Source: an uncultured Nitrososphaerales archaeon (lineage in GTDB: Archaea; Thermoproteota; Nitrososphaeria; Nitrososphaerales; Nitrososphaeraceae). From it: a stretch of DNA of 64,000 nt. Made by a program: the position numbers and the translations under genes. The DNA is taken from assembly GCA_963695855.1 (NCBI GenBank), contig CAVOHZ010000010.1, positions 1,600,001 through 1,664,000 of the forward strand, read 5' to 3'. Shown here in pieces: positions 52,464 to 63,251 of this stretch (positions are counted from its first letter, which is position 1; the number at the start of each line of letters is the position of its first letter). The notes beneath the pieces were generated by a model. That model ran no database searches. It saw nothing but the letters and a program-made list of their open reading frames with translations, and was not told where the DNA came from.

Positions 52464-52843
52464 AAAAAAATGAGTGATCTTATATTATTTAAATTAAAGC
52501 TTTAAAATTCATATTTCAATAATATCTTTTTAAAAATGAAGAATAATAATGTAATATAAATTTAACATTTAGTACCGGTAAATTAGTTATATGAAAGTTT
52601 TATTATAAAATTTTATATTATACGTTTTGTCTTTTTAAATATATATCTTCATAAAATAATATTGTCATGAAAAGAACGATACAAAATTCGGTTTACTGTC
52701 ATATTCTAATATTTGATTATGGAAATTATTTAGATTATTATATTAGATTAAGAAAACATGAATAATTTTCTAGATTGATTGTCAATACAAAAATTTTAAA
52801 AAGTATTAATAAATTCATTTGATTTTTTCATTATTAAATAAAA

Positions 52844-54199
52844 ATGAAATATAGAAAGATTGCCAATTATGATTTTATGATATTACTCATTTTTTTATCT
52901 AGCGTATTACTATTTCCTAACATGTTAGGACAAGTTGATAGTCAGATAGAGATCAACAAAACAGATAAATCTATTTTTATGAACAATAACCAAAATCAAA
53001 ATTATATTGATGATGAAAGTATAAAAATCCCTAATCAATTTATTATTTACCTTAGGGATACTGATTACAATGGTTTAAATTCTATCGATCCATTAGAATT
53101 TTATGAAGAGGAATTAAAAAATACTGGAACAGAATTATTATTTACATACAACCATGTAGCAAAGGGTTTGGCTATAAAGATTCCCGATGAAGGTGTTTTA
53201 GAACTACTAAAAAGTAATCCAGTTGTAGAATACATAGGCCAAGATAAAATAGTATCAATTTTTGATCATCCGAAAACATTTGCTCAACAAACTGGACAAG
53301 AATTGCCTATGGGAATTGATAGAGTAGACGGGGATTTAAATTTTATTCAAGATGACATGCATTCGGTTAATGCTGACATTGCAATTTTAGATACAGGAAT
53401 AGATTTACATCACAATGATTTAAATGTATATCAACAAACAACATTTATTCCTGGAACAAATACAGCGGATGATGATCATGGACACGGTACACATATTGCT
53501 GGAATAGCTGCTGCTAAGAATAATTCTTTTGGTACTGTAGGTATAGCACCAGGAGCTAGACTGTGGGCAATAAAAGTTCTTGAGGAAAATGGAGCAGGAG
53601 ATATTTCTACCTTAATCAAGGGTTTAGACTATGTAGTACAAAATTCAGATCAGATCGATGTAGCAGTATTAAGTCTTGGATGTGAATGTAACTCTAGAGC
53701 TTTGAATATAGCAGTAAACCACGCAGTTAATGCAGGGGTAACACTTGTTGTTGCCGCGGGAAACGATGGAAAAAATGCACGAACATTTTCTCCAGCTAAT
53801 AATCCCAATGTCATAGCTGTTTCTGCAATTGTAGATACAGATGGGAAGTGCGGAGGAAATGGACCGAGTACAATGTACGGAGCAGATGATACCTTAGCAA
53901 GTTTTAGTAATTATGGGGATGTAGTAGATATTGCTGCACCTGGTGTAGAGATTTTTTCTACATACAAATCTGGTTCATATGCTAGTTTAACGGGTACTAG
54001 TATGGCTGCTCCTCACGTTGCTGGAGCTGCAGCATTATACATAAGTACACATCAAAATTCATCACCGGCAGAAGTCAAAGATCATTTAATTGCATCAGGA
54101 TCACATATATCAGATTTTTGTGATGGGAATGGTCTTGGATATTTTTCAGCAGATAAAGATAATTTTCATGAGCCATTATTGTATGTAGCTAATAAATAG
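52844..54199 (+). CDS. Secreted subtilisin-like S8 serine protease with I9-like propeptide
   Basis: Signal peptide, ILDTGID, HGHGTHIAG, VVAAGN and GTSMAAPHVAG. Confidence 0.97.
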   Translation: MKYRKIANYDFMILLIFLSSVLLFPNMLGQVDSQIEINKTDKSIFMNNNQNQNYIDDESIKIPNQFIIYLRDTDYNGLNSIDPLEFYEEELKNTGTELLFTYNHVAKGLAIKIPDEGVLELLKSNPVVEYIGQDKIVSIFDHPKTFAQQTGQELPMGIDRVDGDLNFIQDDMHSVNADIAILDTGIDLHHNDLNVYQQTTFIPGTNTADDDHGHGTHIAGIAAAKNNSFGTVGIAPGARLWAIKVLEENGAGDISTLIKGLDYVVQNSDQIDVAVLSLGCECNSRALNIAVNHAVNAGVTLVVAAGNDGKNARTFSPANNPNVIAVSAIVDTDGKCGGNGPSTMYGADDTLASFSNYGDVVDIAAPGVEIFSTYKSGSYASLTGTSMAAPHVAGAAALYISTHQNSSPAEVKDHLIASGSHISDFCDGNGLGYFSADKDNFHEPLLYVANK

Positions 54200-54212
54200 A
54201 ATTATAATAAAT

Positions 54213-54488
54213 CTAGTTTGCTGGTGGGGGAAGTGATTCCGGACATACTTGTATACATACTTTATCTTTTGGACAAGGCGGCATCGAACATATTTTAGAA
54301 AGATTTACGATCATAGACTTTTCTGTAATATTCTTACTATTTTTCACAGTAGTAGAATTATCAAATGTTACTGTATTATTTGCTTGATTTTGTATTATTC
54401 CTTCTATATTAGTAGAATTGAACAAAATAGTAATCAATACAGATAGAGAAATAAAAATGATTGTAATAGAGTAAATCTTTAATTGCAT
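54213..54488 (-). CDS. Small secreted Cys-rich protein
   Basis: Signal/TM segment, N-x-S/T-rich linker and C-terminal CSMPPCPKDKVCIQVCP. Confidence 0.7.
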   Translation of the reverse strand: MQLKIYSITIIFISLSVLITILFNSTNIEGIIQNQANNTVTFDNSTTVKNSKNITEKSMIVNLSKICSMPPCPKDKVCIQVCPESLPPPAN

Positions 54489-55094
54489 ATAATATATCAG
54501 ATAGATCTTTATATATTTAAAAATTAGTATTTAAAATAATTTTAATATATTAATTTATAAAATTCATATTGAAATTAATTCCATAAATTTATAACTTATT
54601 ATTTTGTTATCAAGTTCAATTATATATAAATAAACAAATAATACAAATACAAAATATAATCAAAGTTATTATCAGATGATCTTGAGGAGTAAATCTTTAC
54701 TTTTGGATAAACTAACTATTATATTATGTAGAAGTTGAATATATTTCAACTTCATTTTTTATTTTTCGAATATTAAAAGATTTAAACATCAAAATCTGAT
54801 GTTTATTAAAATTGAGTAAAGCAGTGATATATAGATTTAAATAGTTTTAAAGTAGATCTGTTGGATTCACATAATATCAATTAATATCATTATTGACGAT
54901 GCAACCAGTCCCGTTAATATACTAAATACAGATAAAAAAATAGTTTGTTTTCTCATATTTTATAGTAAATAATATTTTTTGATTTATACGGTTCTGAGAA
55001 TTTTTCTAGCTGAATATTGTATCAAAGATTTTTATATAAAACGTATTTAAGTTTTTTAAGTATATTAAGTATATGTTACTAATTTATTAAAATA

Positions 55095-57677
55095 TTATTG
55101 ATGATTGTATGATATCTGTCTTTGAGAATTTTCATCATCATTAATCATAATTGAATGATAATTATTCCCTTCTATTTCTGCGTGAGATATTAGAAAAATT
55201 TGCTTGAAGCTTTTATCATTTATTAATATATTCATTATAATATTTCTTCTGGCTTCATCCAAGCTAGTTAATGGTTCATCTAAAATTATAAAATTGATCA
55301 TTGGAATCTTTTTTTCTATATATTTAAAAGGTCTTATAGTTGACATAAGTTTTGATATCGCTATTCTAAGTGCCAAACCAAGCGCGGATTCATCTCCACC
55401 ACTTAATTGTTCTTTGCTTTTTTGAACTCCATCTTTATCATCTAATAGAGTCATTGTTAATCCATGAGATATTTTGTCTTTGATTTTTCGCATGGTACTT
55501 GATACATTTGCTATTTTATACCTTCCTTCAGTAAAAGGTACAAGATAATAATTTGTGCTTCTCATCAAAACATTAGCAAGTTTACCTTCAACTATATCAT
55601 TTGATATGAATCCATCAATTTCACCAATTAGAAACAAAATATGCCTCAATGCATTCTCTTTTTCTTCTAATTCTTCTTCTGATTGAAGTAAATTATTAAT
55701 TCTTTTTATTCTTAGATTGATCTCATTTCGTAACAAGGAAACATCCTCTTTAATGATTTCAATTAAATTAGATTTTTCTTTAATATGTATTGTTAAATCA
55801 TTTCTTTTGGAGATCAATTCATCAATATTTTGACATAAAAATGGCCTCAATAGATCTTCTAAATTTACTATTTTTAAATTTTTATAATATTCGATTAAAA
55901 ATTTATTCGTTGATTCTATTTGTAATTTTGCTTGATTTTGTTGTGAAAAAAGATTATTTATTTCATTCATTAATCTTTCTAAGTTTATATTTTCTGATCT
56001 AAGTTTATCCTCAAAATTTTTGACAAGTTCTCTTGATGTAAAAATCTCATTTTCTTTTTTCATTATTTTTGAAAATAGATCGTCAATTATTTTATATGTT
56101 GACTTGGATATTTCATAATTACATTGAGATAATTCTATAATAGAATTTAACTCGTCATAAAAGTGAAATCGTTTTTCTATCATTCCACTAATAATTGGAA
56201 GGAGAAATTCTAAAGCTTGTTTTACATTTCTTTTATTATCTAATTGTTTTTCTATTTTTTGTAATTGTTTTTCTATAATACCGATATCAGTTTTAACAAT
56301 ATTTTCTTTTTGAGAAATATTATGTATTTCTCTTCGTATATTTGTAATCAAAATAGACTTATTATCTATAACATTTGAGCATATTGGACAAGTGTTATTA
56401 TTGCTGATATATTCCATACTACTTTTTTTAATATCAGATAAAATTTGATTTGTATTTAGAAGATGTTTATGTTCATCTAATAATTTAATACTCTTGTCTT
56501 TTTCATTTCCAAGATTTTTTATATCCTCATCATTTTTCTTTATTTCTAGTTTTATATCTTGTAAATTATCAATAGAAATATTTTGAAAATCAAATGAAGA
56601 TAATCCAGACTGTAATACTAGATTTTTGATATGTTTCTCATCATTTTCAATATTTTGTAAAATATCTCTAGCATTTTTAATATTACTTATTTTTGGATAT
56701 TTTTGAATTTCTTGTAATAACATATTTATGGTAATATTTAGATTGAATATTTTATCTTTATACTCTTTAATTCGATTTTTTTGAAATGATAAATTTTCTT
56801 TTTCCCGATCTGTAATTTTTTCTATATAATTTAGATTGTCTTGGTTTTTCTTAATAGTTTCAATATTTTTTTTTATCTCAAGCAATAATTCCTTTTTTGG
56901 ATATGTAACAAGAACATTCTCATCATGCAATAATTCTTTTTGTTCTAATGATAATTTTTCTTCTTTATCTTTCAAAATATTATTTTGCTTGTCTAATTCA
57001 ATTCTTTCTGTCATTAAATTTCCTATTTGAATATTCAAATTATTTATATCTTGATTAAGTTTATTTACTTTTTTTCTTAAATAGTTTTTAATCTTGAAGT
57101 CAAATTCTTCCAAACCAAAAAGATTTTTTATAAGATCTCGTAATTCACTTGGATCAGCTAATGCTAGTTTATCTACCTCTTTTTGTCTGATATATATTGT
57201 TTTTTCTATAGCTTCAGGATAAATTCCTAATAGTGATTCTATTTCTCTATTAACTGTACTCGTTCCTCGACAGATTTGAACGAATTTACATTTATTATCA
57301 TTGTTTACTCTCTCTTGCTTGAATAGTAATGCTGAGGATTTAATCGTGTTATTAATAGTATAATTAGTTTCGTTTTTTTGTATTTTTTTCTTTACTACCT
57401 CCATAGTTCTAATGACACGATATTGAACCTCACTAATCTCAAAAGTAACTATAACTTCACATTTTAATTCTCCATTTTTGATCAGTATTTTTCTATCTTT
57501 TTCTGCCATTAATTGTTCTCCTAAAATTCCCCAAAGAATCGCTTCAACGAAACTTGTTTTTCCCATGGAATTTTTTCCCTTAATAAAAAAAAAGCCTTCT
57601 TTAAAATATCCATCTGAAGGAATTGAAATATTATCAAAAGGTTTAAAATTTCGTGCCTCAATTTTTAATATTTTCAT
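55095..57677 (-). CDS. rad50: Rad50/SbcC SMC-like ATPase
   Basis: Walker A GKNSMGKT, Q-loop YIRQ, coiled coil with CPIC hook, LSGGD, ILDEP..SLD and ISH. GGTGA precedes the ATG. Confidence 0.93.
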   Translation of the reverse strand: MKILKIEARNFKPFDNISIPSDGYFKEGFFFIKGKNSMGKTSFVEAILWGILGEQLMAEKDRKILIKNGELKCEVIVTFEISEVQYRVIRTMEVVKKKIQKNETNYTINNTIKSSALLFKQERVNNDNKCKFVQICRGTSTVNREIESLLGIYPEAIEKTIYIRQKEVDKLALADPSELRDLIKNLFGLEEFDFKIKNYLRKKVNKLNQDINNLNIQIGNLMTERIELDKQNNILKDKEEKLSLEQKELLHDENVLVTYPKKELLLEIKKNIETIKKNQDNLNYIEKITDREKENLSFQKNRIKEYKDKIFNLNITINMLLQEIQKYPKISNIKNARDILQNIENDEKHIKNLVLQSGLSSFDFQNISIDNLQDIKLEIKKNDEDIKNLGNEKDKSIKLLDEHKHLLNTNQILSDIKKSSMEYISNNNTCPICSNVIDNKSILITNIRREIHNISQKENIVKTDIGIIEKQLQKIEKQLDNKRNVKQALEFLLPIISGMIEKRFHFYDELNSIIELSQCNYEISKSTYKIIDDLFSKIMKKENEIFTSRELVKNFEDKLRSENINLERLMNEINNLFSQQNQAKLQIESTNKFLIEYYKNLKIVNLEDLLRPFLCQNIDELISKRNDLTIHIKEKSNLIEIIKEDVSLLRNEINLRIKRINNLLQSEEELEEKENALRHILFLIGEIDGFISNDIVEGKLANVLMRSTNYYLVPFTEGRYKIANVSSTMRKIKDKISHGLTMTLLDDKDGVQKSKEQLSGGDESALGLALRIAISKLMSTIRPFKYIEKKIPMINFIILDEPLTSLDEARRNIIMNILINDKSFKQIFLISHAEIEGNNYHSIMINDDENSQRQISYNHQ

Positions 57678-57688
57678 TATGGAATCAC

Positions 57689-58951
57689 CTATTCTTTTAG
57701 AGCTTCAAAGAAAAATTTAGCTAATAAATTCGAATCTAAATTGTGTTTTTTTAGATCTGCCTTTCTAGTAGAATCTACATACTCTTTAAATTCTTGTTCT
57801 GGATCTTCTATCAAATATTCAATAAATGGATCATCTTGTCCAATTTTATTACTAGATTCATTAAAATCTGAGTAATGTGGAACATCTAAAATAAATTCCA
57901 CAATATTATATTCATTACTATCTAACGTAATTTTATTTAAATATGATACTATTTCATTTAGATGAAAGGAAGATCCATAATTTTTGTTACCTTTTAAGCT
58001 GATTTTAACTCTCGCGGCCGTAAAATAATTGTATTCAACATTCAAATCATGTTGATTAAATATATCCTTAACTCTTTCTATAATCTGTATATTAGTATCA
58101 TTTTCTAATATTTTTACTTCTTCTACAACTATTTTTCTTTGACGTTTAAAAAATTTTGGATTTATTTTTGATTTATGTTCATTAGAATTTATATTTATTA
58201 TTAAATAACCTTTATCATAACTTTGTTCCCCAAAACTCCATAGCTCTGTGGAACCAGAATACCATGCTGTATCAGTTACTTGTTGCATTTTATGGTTATC
58301 TCCAAGAGCTACATAATCATAGTTTGCCATTAAAAAATCACTATGTAACGTATTATTTTCTATCATTCCATGAGCTAATCCAACATTTATCATATTAGGA
58401 TCAATGTTATTATTTTGAATTAAAATCCATTCTTTGTATTTTGTAAATAATTGAGACATATCGTTAGATTCGATTGATGGATGAGCGTGAATTCTTAAGT
58501 TAAGTTCTTGGAAGTCTTTGAACAAAGGTTTCTTGTCTCTAATACTATCTCTTATATCAAAATAGGTAAATAGATGAACATTATCAAAGAGAATTGGATA
58601 TTCACTCAATGTAGAAATTCGGTATTGTGTAAATCTTCCATGATTTCCGTCGATAAGCACTATAGGTATCTTATTGTGATGTAATGTTTTAAACGTCTCT
58701 GCAACAACTTTCCTAGCAAGTTCCGGTGGTGGATTGGGATCATTTGCTGAAGGAGTATCAAAAAAATCTCCACTATGTAAAATAATATCTGGTTTTAGAT
58801 TACTATCAGTTATAATTTCGTCTACGAATCTCTTCCAGACATTATAGAAATCATCTTCGATTGGCTTTATTTCTTGATTAATTATAGAAGGTCTTGTTCT
58901 TTTTGGTCTTTTACCAAGATGAGTATCAGAAATATGAATAATCTTTAGAAT
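57689..58951 (-). CDS. mre11: Mre11/SbcD metallophosphoesterase nuclease (5' end extends beyond the ORF-track start)
   Basis: Frame is open from 58987: LKIIHISDTHLG, HSGDFFD, DGNH, LAHG, YVALGDNH and YSGSTE. No ATG/GTG/TTG before 58660. Confidence 0.9.
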   Translation of the reverse strand: MLKIIHISDTHLGKRPKRTRPSIINQEIKPIEDDFYNVWKRFVDEIITDSNLKPDIILHSGDFFDTPSANDPNPPPELARKVVAETFKTLHHNKIPIVLIDGNHGRFTQYRISTLSEYPILFDNVHLFTYFDIRDSIRDKKPLFKDFQELNLRIHAHPSIESNDMSQLFTKYKEWILIQNNNIDPNMINVGLAHGMIENNTLHSDFLMANYDYVALGDNHKMQQVTDTAWYSGSTELWSFGEQSYDKGYLIININSNEHKSKINPKFFKRQRKIVVEEVKILENDTNIQIIERVKDIFNQHDLNVEYNYFTAARVKISLKGNKNYGSSFHLNEIVSYLNKITLDSNEYNIVEFILDVPHYSDFNESSNKIGQDDPFIEYLIEDPEQEFKEYVDSTRKADLKKHNLDSNLLAKFFFEALKE

Positions 58952-58992
58952 AAACCTATCACCCTTGTTTGATAAATAAGTAATTATTCAAT

Positions 58993-60879
58993 TCAAAAAT
59001 CATAACTATCTTGAGTATAAGAGAGATTGTTTTTTGACATTTGATTGTATGACAATAGTTTATTTTCTTTGATAAAACTTTCAGATAGATTAAAGACATT
59101 TAAAAATAATGGGGTTCCAGCAAATGAAAGTGGTGAAACTGGACCCTGACTCATAAAGGAATATTTTTTAGACTTAGTATTAAATGAGTTTGCAGGATCA
59201 GTAAAGGACTTGTATAATTTGATAGCATTCTGGTCTGATACCAACTCTTTCATAGTTACTAGATCACTTCCTAAAGATAATCCAAACCCACAAAAAAGTA
59301 TTCTTAATTGTTGTAATATGTCTTTGTGGATACTTGATAAAGAAGTACTAATAAACATCCATCCGAGTCCATATTTTCTAGTAGTTCTTACGGCATCTAA
59401 TAATGCTAATCTTACATTTTCTAAATCGTTAGAGTTTTCATATTTTTCTCTCCTTGCGAATCTATGTGCTTCATCCAATACAACTAAAGTATTTAAAGAA
59501 TTATTTTGTTCCCAACTTTTTTCTCCCAAATAGATTAAGCCATAAAGAAGTCGCTTTAGAACTAGAGCTTGTATAGTTTCATTCCAATAATCTAATTTCA
59601 TGTTATGAGCGCTTTGTAAAGAGAGATCAACTATGATCATAGGTTTATCATCAAAAGTAAATTTCTTTAGCAAGGAGTCTACAGTTTGTGCACCAGGTCT
59701 ATAATGAAATAATTGACAAATAGGTTTCCAGATTTTTTCGTAAATATAATCCTTATCTAATTCAGAAAGAACAGTGTTTAACCTTGACCGTGGTTCTGCT
59801 GTAGAATAGATTAGTAACTGAATATTTGGATTATGCAAAATATTAAGTACTTTGTGAAATGATTCTAGTTCTACTAGATTGGTTAGAGTTATATGTTGTC
59901 TACTTTTCAATTCATTAATTAAAATATTTGCTGCATCTCTTTTATTTTCTCCCTTTATTGATAAATATGAAAAGAATGATGATTCATATAGAATTTCTTC
60001 AAAAAGATCCCATCTATCTAATATTAGATTTCTAATATTAACTACTTCAAATTTTTTACCTAAAGATAATAAAACTTCTTTCATATTTATATAAAATCCA
60101 TTATTTTTTTGCTTAGTATAGATTTCAGTTGTATCAAAGATTGTTTCTTTTGAAAACTCACCTACTGGATCAAATATCAATAATCCCATTGAGGGATATT
60201 TAGAATACGCCATAAAAATCATTTTAGCTAATGTTGATTTTCCAGAACCTGTTGTACCAAATATTCCTAAATGATATGCTTCACCAGCTCCGTTGGGACC
60301 ATCACCAAAATGTTTGAACCACATAGGTAATTTGGTTTTTGATCCATAAACATGTCCAAGATAAAATAATTTATCCAAATGTTTTTCTAATAGGGAATCT
60401 AAAACGGCATCGTTTGTTAAATGGATGAATGTTCCTGTAGGAGGTACAGTTCCTAATAAACTAGTATCAAAAAAATTTTCCTCTTTACTATTACTAAATA
60501 CTGCACTACACAACAGTTTTCCGACATGTGTATCTTGAATACCACTTATAGGATTAACTAGACCTCTTTGTCGTGCAACAGATTTTATTGTTGGATCTTC
60601 TAACAGTGCATTTTTAAGCTCTATTTCGGTGATTTGTCCTAAGGAATAATTGGATTGTGAATCCTGTATGAATTTAAAAATTACTAATTCGCCAACTAAT
60701 TTTTTAGTTACTGCATTATGTAAAATATTTAGACTTAATTCACTTGTAGATGATGGTGAGCCTATCGTACCTATAGGTTCGGTATTTAACAGTAATTGGT
60801 CTAGTTTATGATCACAACTTGATTTTATATCATAGTTTTCATTATATTTGTTGGGATCATAATTTGCATTATTTTCCAT
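58993..60879 (-). CDS. herA: HerA helicase/translocase (DUF87)
   Basis: HAS-barrel-like N-terminus, HLGIFGTTGSGKS, FDPVGEF, VVLDEAHRF and RKYG. Confidence 0.93.
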   Translation of the reverse strand: MENNANYDPNKYNENYDIKSSCDHKLDQLLLNTEPIGTIGSPSSTSELSLNILHNAVTKKLVGELVIFKFIQDSQSNYSLGQITEIELKNALLEDPTIKSVARQRGLVNPISGIQDTHVGKLLCSAVFSNSKEENFFDTSLLGTVPPTGTFIHLTNDAVLDSLLEKHLDKLFYLGHVYGSKTKLPMWFKHFGDGPNGAGEAYHLGIFGTTGSGKSTLAKMIFMAYSKYPSMGLLIFDPVGEFSKETIFDTTEIYTKQKNNGFYINMKEVLLSLGKKFEVVNIRNLILDRWDLFEEILYESSFFSYLSIKGENKRDAANILINELKSRQHITLTNLVELESFHKVLNILHNPNIQLLIYSTAEPRSRLNTVLSELDKDYIYEKIWKPICQLFHYRPGAQTVDSLLKKFTFDDKPMIIVDLSLQSAHNMKLDYWNETIQALVLKRLLYGLIYLGEKSWEQNNSLNTLVVLDEAHRFARREKYENSNDLENVRLALLDAVRTTRKYGLGWMFISTSLSSIHKDILQQLRILFCGFGLSLGSDLVTMKELVSDQNAIKLYKSFTDPANSFNTKSKKYSFMSQGPVSPLSFAGTPLFLNVFNLSESFIKENKLLSYNQMSKNNLSYTQDSYDF

Positions 60880-60887
60880 ATTCTTTT

Positions 60888-62090
60888 CTACATCCCACTT
60901 TCTGTTCTATACGAATGCATTATAAAAATGATATCAGAGATGTCTTCTCTAGTATTGTCTTTTTCAAGTTCTGCTAAACTATTTGTTAGAATTTGTTTAT
61001 ATGCAGGAATGGCTGGTGCTATATGCTTAACTATCCGATCTGCAAGATAGAGAGGATATGGCTCTATAATTGATGGAACGATACATTGATTTTTTATTGT
61101 TTGAAGTAATGGATGTAGTCTGTTGTTATCAATAGCTATCGAATATGGAATTTCTATCCTCAAAGCTGGCGACCATTTGTATGGCTTATAATATATAACA
61201 TGAAGTTGTATAATTTTTTCAAGCACATCTTTCATTAAGCTTTCGAGCTCGTTGTGTTCCTTTTTGGAATTTTCATTATTTTCATAATAAAAATTTGGAA
61301 TTTTCATATGCCAATTTTCTTTGATTGTAAATGGTCTTGGTATTGTGTATTCTCCCTCGTTTAATATCAAAGTTAAAATGGCGCGATCATCATAGTCTCT
61401 GGGCCAATCAAAAATATCTCCAATGTCATTTCGAGAAGTATATTTTGGTATTCCTACCCATTGTTTTTCTACATTACTCGATTCTAAAATTATCTTGTAA
61501 GAGAGTAGAAATTCTTTATACGAATCTCTGATTTTATTGGCTGTAGTTGTTTTTCGTTTTTCTATGAAATCAATCGCTTTATACATATGTATAAGGCCAG
61601 TTGTAAGTGATCCGTCCAAGAAAATTAGATTATATGGTGAATTGGCTGCTAAATTTATCTCCATTTCAAGCATTAGACCTCTTGCAGCAATCATATTTTC
61701 AGGATCATGTTTTTCAGTATTGATAAACACGTTATGATTTGGTGATTCCCATTTTCCCTTTTGTTGATTCGAAGACATTAGACCTTCTACACCTACAGTT
61801 CCTATAGCAATAAGATCAGTTCCAAGAAGTCTTTCTATAGCATAAGCTCCATCTACTGCACAACACGTCAACGGTTGAGATTTTATTTCAGAATCATTTT
61901 TTAATATACAGGATTTATCTAATTGGGAACGAAAGTAATTTTTTTTCTTTTTAATAGTATTGATTGAATTAAATAATTCGGTTCCAATCTGTGTTGTTTT
62001 GGATAACATTTCTTCAACCATGGAGGCTGGAATATCTAAAAATGGGTAATTACTAAAATTATTGTAAATTGTTGCATCATTTCTATTCAT
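60888..62090 (-). CDS. nurA: NurA 5'-3' nuclease
   Basis: AVDGAY, IFLDGSL, GIPK and EPYPLYLAD. Directly upstream of herA. Confidence 0.9.
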   Translation of the reverse strand: MNRNDATIYNNFSNYPFLDIPASMVEEMLSKTTQIGTELFNSINTIKKKKNYFRSQLDKSCILKNDSEIKSQPLTCCAVDGAYAIERLLGTDLIAIGTVGVEGLMSSNQQKGKWESPNHNVFINTEKHDPENMIAARGLMLEMEINLAANSPYNLIFLDGSLTTGLIHMYKAIDFIEKRKTTTANKIRDSYKEFLLSYKIILESSNVEKQWVGIPKYTSRNDIGDIFDWPRDYDDRAILTLILNEGEYTIPRPFTIKENWHMKIPNFYYENNENSKKEHNELESLMKDVLEKIIQLHVIYYKPYKWSPALRIEIPYSIAIDNNRLHPLLQTIKNQCIVPSIIEPYPLYLADRIVKHIAPAIPAYKQILTNSLAELEKDNTREDISDIIFIMHSYRTESGM

Positions 62091-62300
62091 AAATTATATC
62101 GAAATTGTTATTGTTTTTATTTAATTTTAATGATTGGTTTTTTTAAAAGGTCTATCCATCTGGAATTTATGTTTTATACTTTATATTAGACATATATTAC
62201 CATTATTTTTTATTATATAAAAACAGTTCCAGATGTTCTAGACTTGTATAAAATATGTTTATTTTTATAAAATGATCAAAATGATCTATTAGTAAATATA

Positions 62301-63205
62301 GGCTCTGTAGAATCCATTTAATAATAATTAAATTTAGCATCGTATGAAGATTGTATGTAATACATCTGAAAGTCAATTCTCTGTTCTGCATTCGTATTAA
62401 TCTGGATGATATATGTTCTCCAAACAATCTTTTTATGACTGATACAATAGTTTCATCTTTGTTACGTTGATTGTACAGAATCTCTGAATAGCCACATTTC
62501 ATTTCTTTTCTGTATTTGCCACGAGTTTTCCATATTGGTACATCTTTTTCATATCTTGATGGTATAACACTGAATCCGTTTAGTTTCTCTCTAACTAGTA
62601 CATGATTATCCTCACTATCATATGCTTTATCAGCAACAACTACCGATAATGGTTTTATTTTTGATATTCTTGTTGTCACTGGTCTAAAATCTATGTTATC
62701 ATGTCTTGTTGGAGCTCGCCTTATCTTTATAGAACAGACTATTTGTTGTAATACATCTGCACCAATTGACAATTTAGCATATTTCTTCCTTCGTAGTTTT
62801 GCTCTGCTAGTATAGTACTCTGATGCATGTGTTATTTTGAATCCAGTCGAATCTATGCCAGTAAATATGCGTCTTGTTCCTGTGAATAAGATAAAAGATG
62901 AGATTATCTTTCCAAGCATCACTACATTGATTCTATCTGTGAATTTCTGTAATGTTGTATAATGTGGTATTTTGGATAGTTGTAAAAACAATCTCAAATA
63001 GTATGCTTCATTCAACAAGCCAGTCTGTAAACATTCGATAACTCTTACCTTCATACTGTCTTCTTATTGTAACAAGTACTATGTGTTGCCATACTGTGTA
63101 AATGTGGTTGCTCTTTCTATGCAAATATAATGGAATTCTGTAATGTTTGAGAATACGTAATAGTTGATCTGCTAATCTAACATATTTTGATTGTTGTTTG
63201 TTCAA
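62301..63205 (-). pseudogene. IS5-like transposase split by a 4-bp duplication
   Basis: GTTGAATGAAGCA here versus GTTGAAGCA in the copy at 1-888, producing ORFs 63008-63205 and 62203-63054. Confidence 0.88.
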
Positions 63206-63251
63206 TAATTAATGGTAGAATGTTGCTAGCTATGATGGTTTCTACAGGGCC
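62301..63251 (-). mobile_element. IS5-like element with frameshifted transposase
   Basis: TIRs GGCTCTGTAGAATCC / GGTTTCTACAGGGCC and 8-bp TSD TAAATATA (62293-62300, 63252-63259). Confidence 0.93.

Noticed and set aside
22030-61737. Numerous short antisense ORFs inside gatE, ths, rpl11, spt5, rrp42, rfcS, rad50, herA and nurA
   Set aside because: They are fully overlapped by well-supported genes on the opposite strand.
1-63251. Inverted IS5-like copies at both window ends as a giant composite transposon
   Set aside because: The copies are clearly diverged, the right copy has its own TSD, and the enclosed DNA is core genome.
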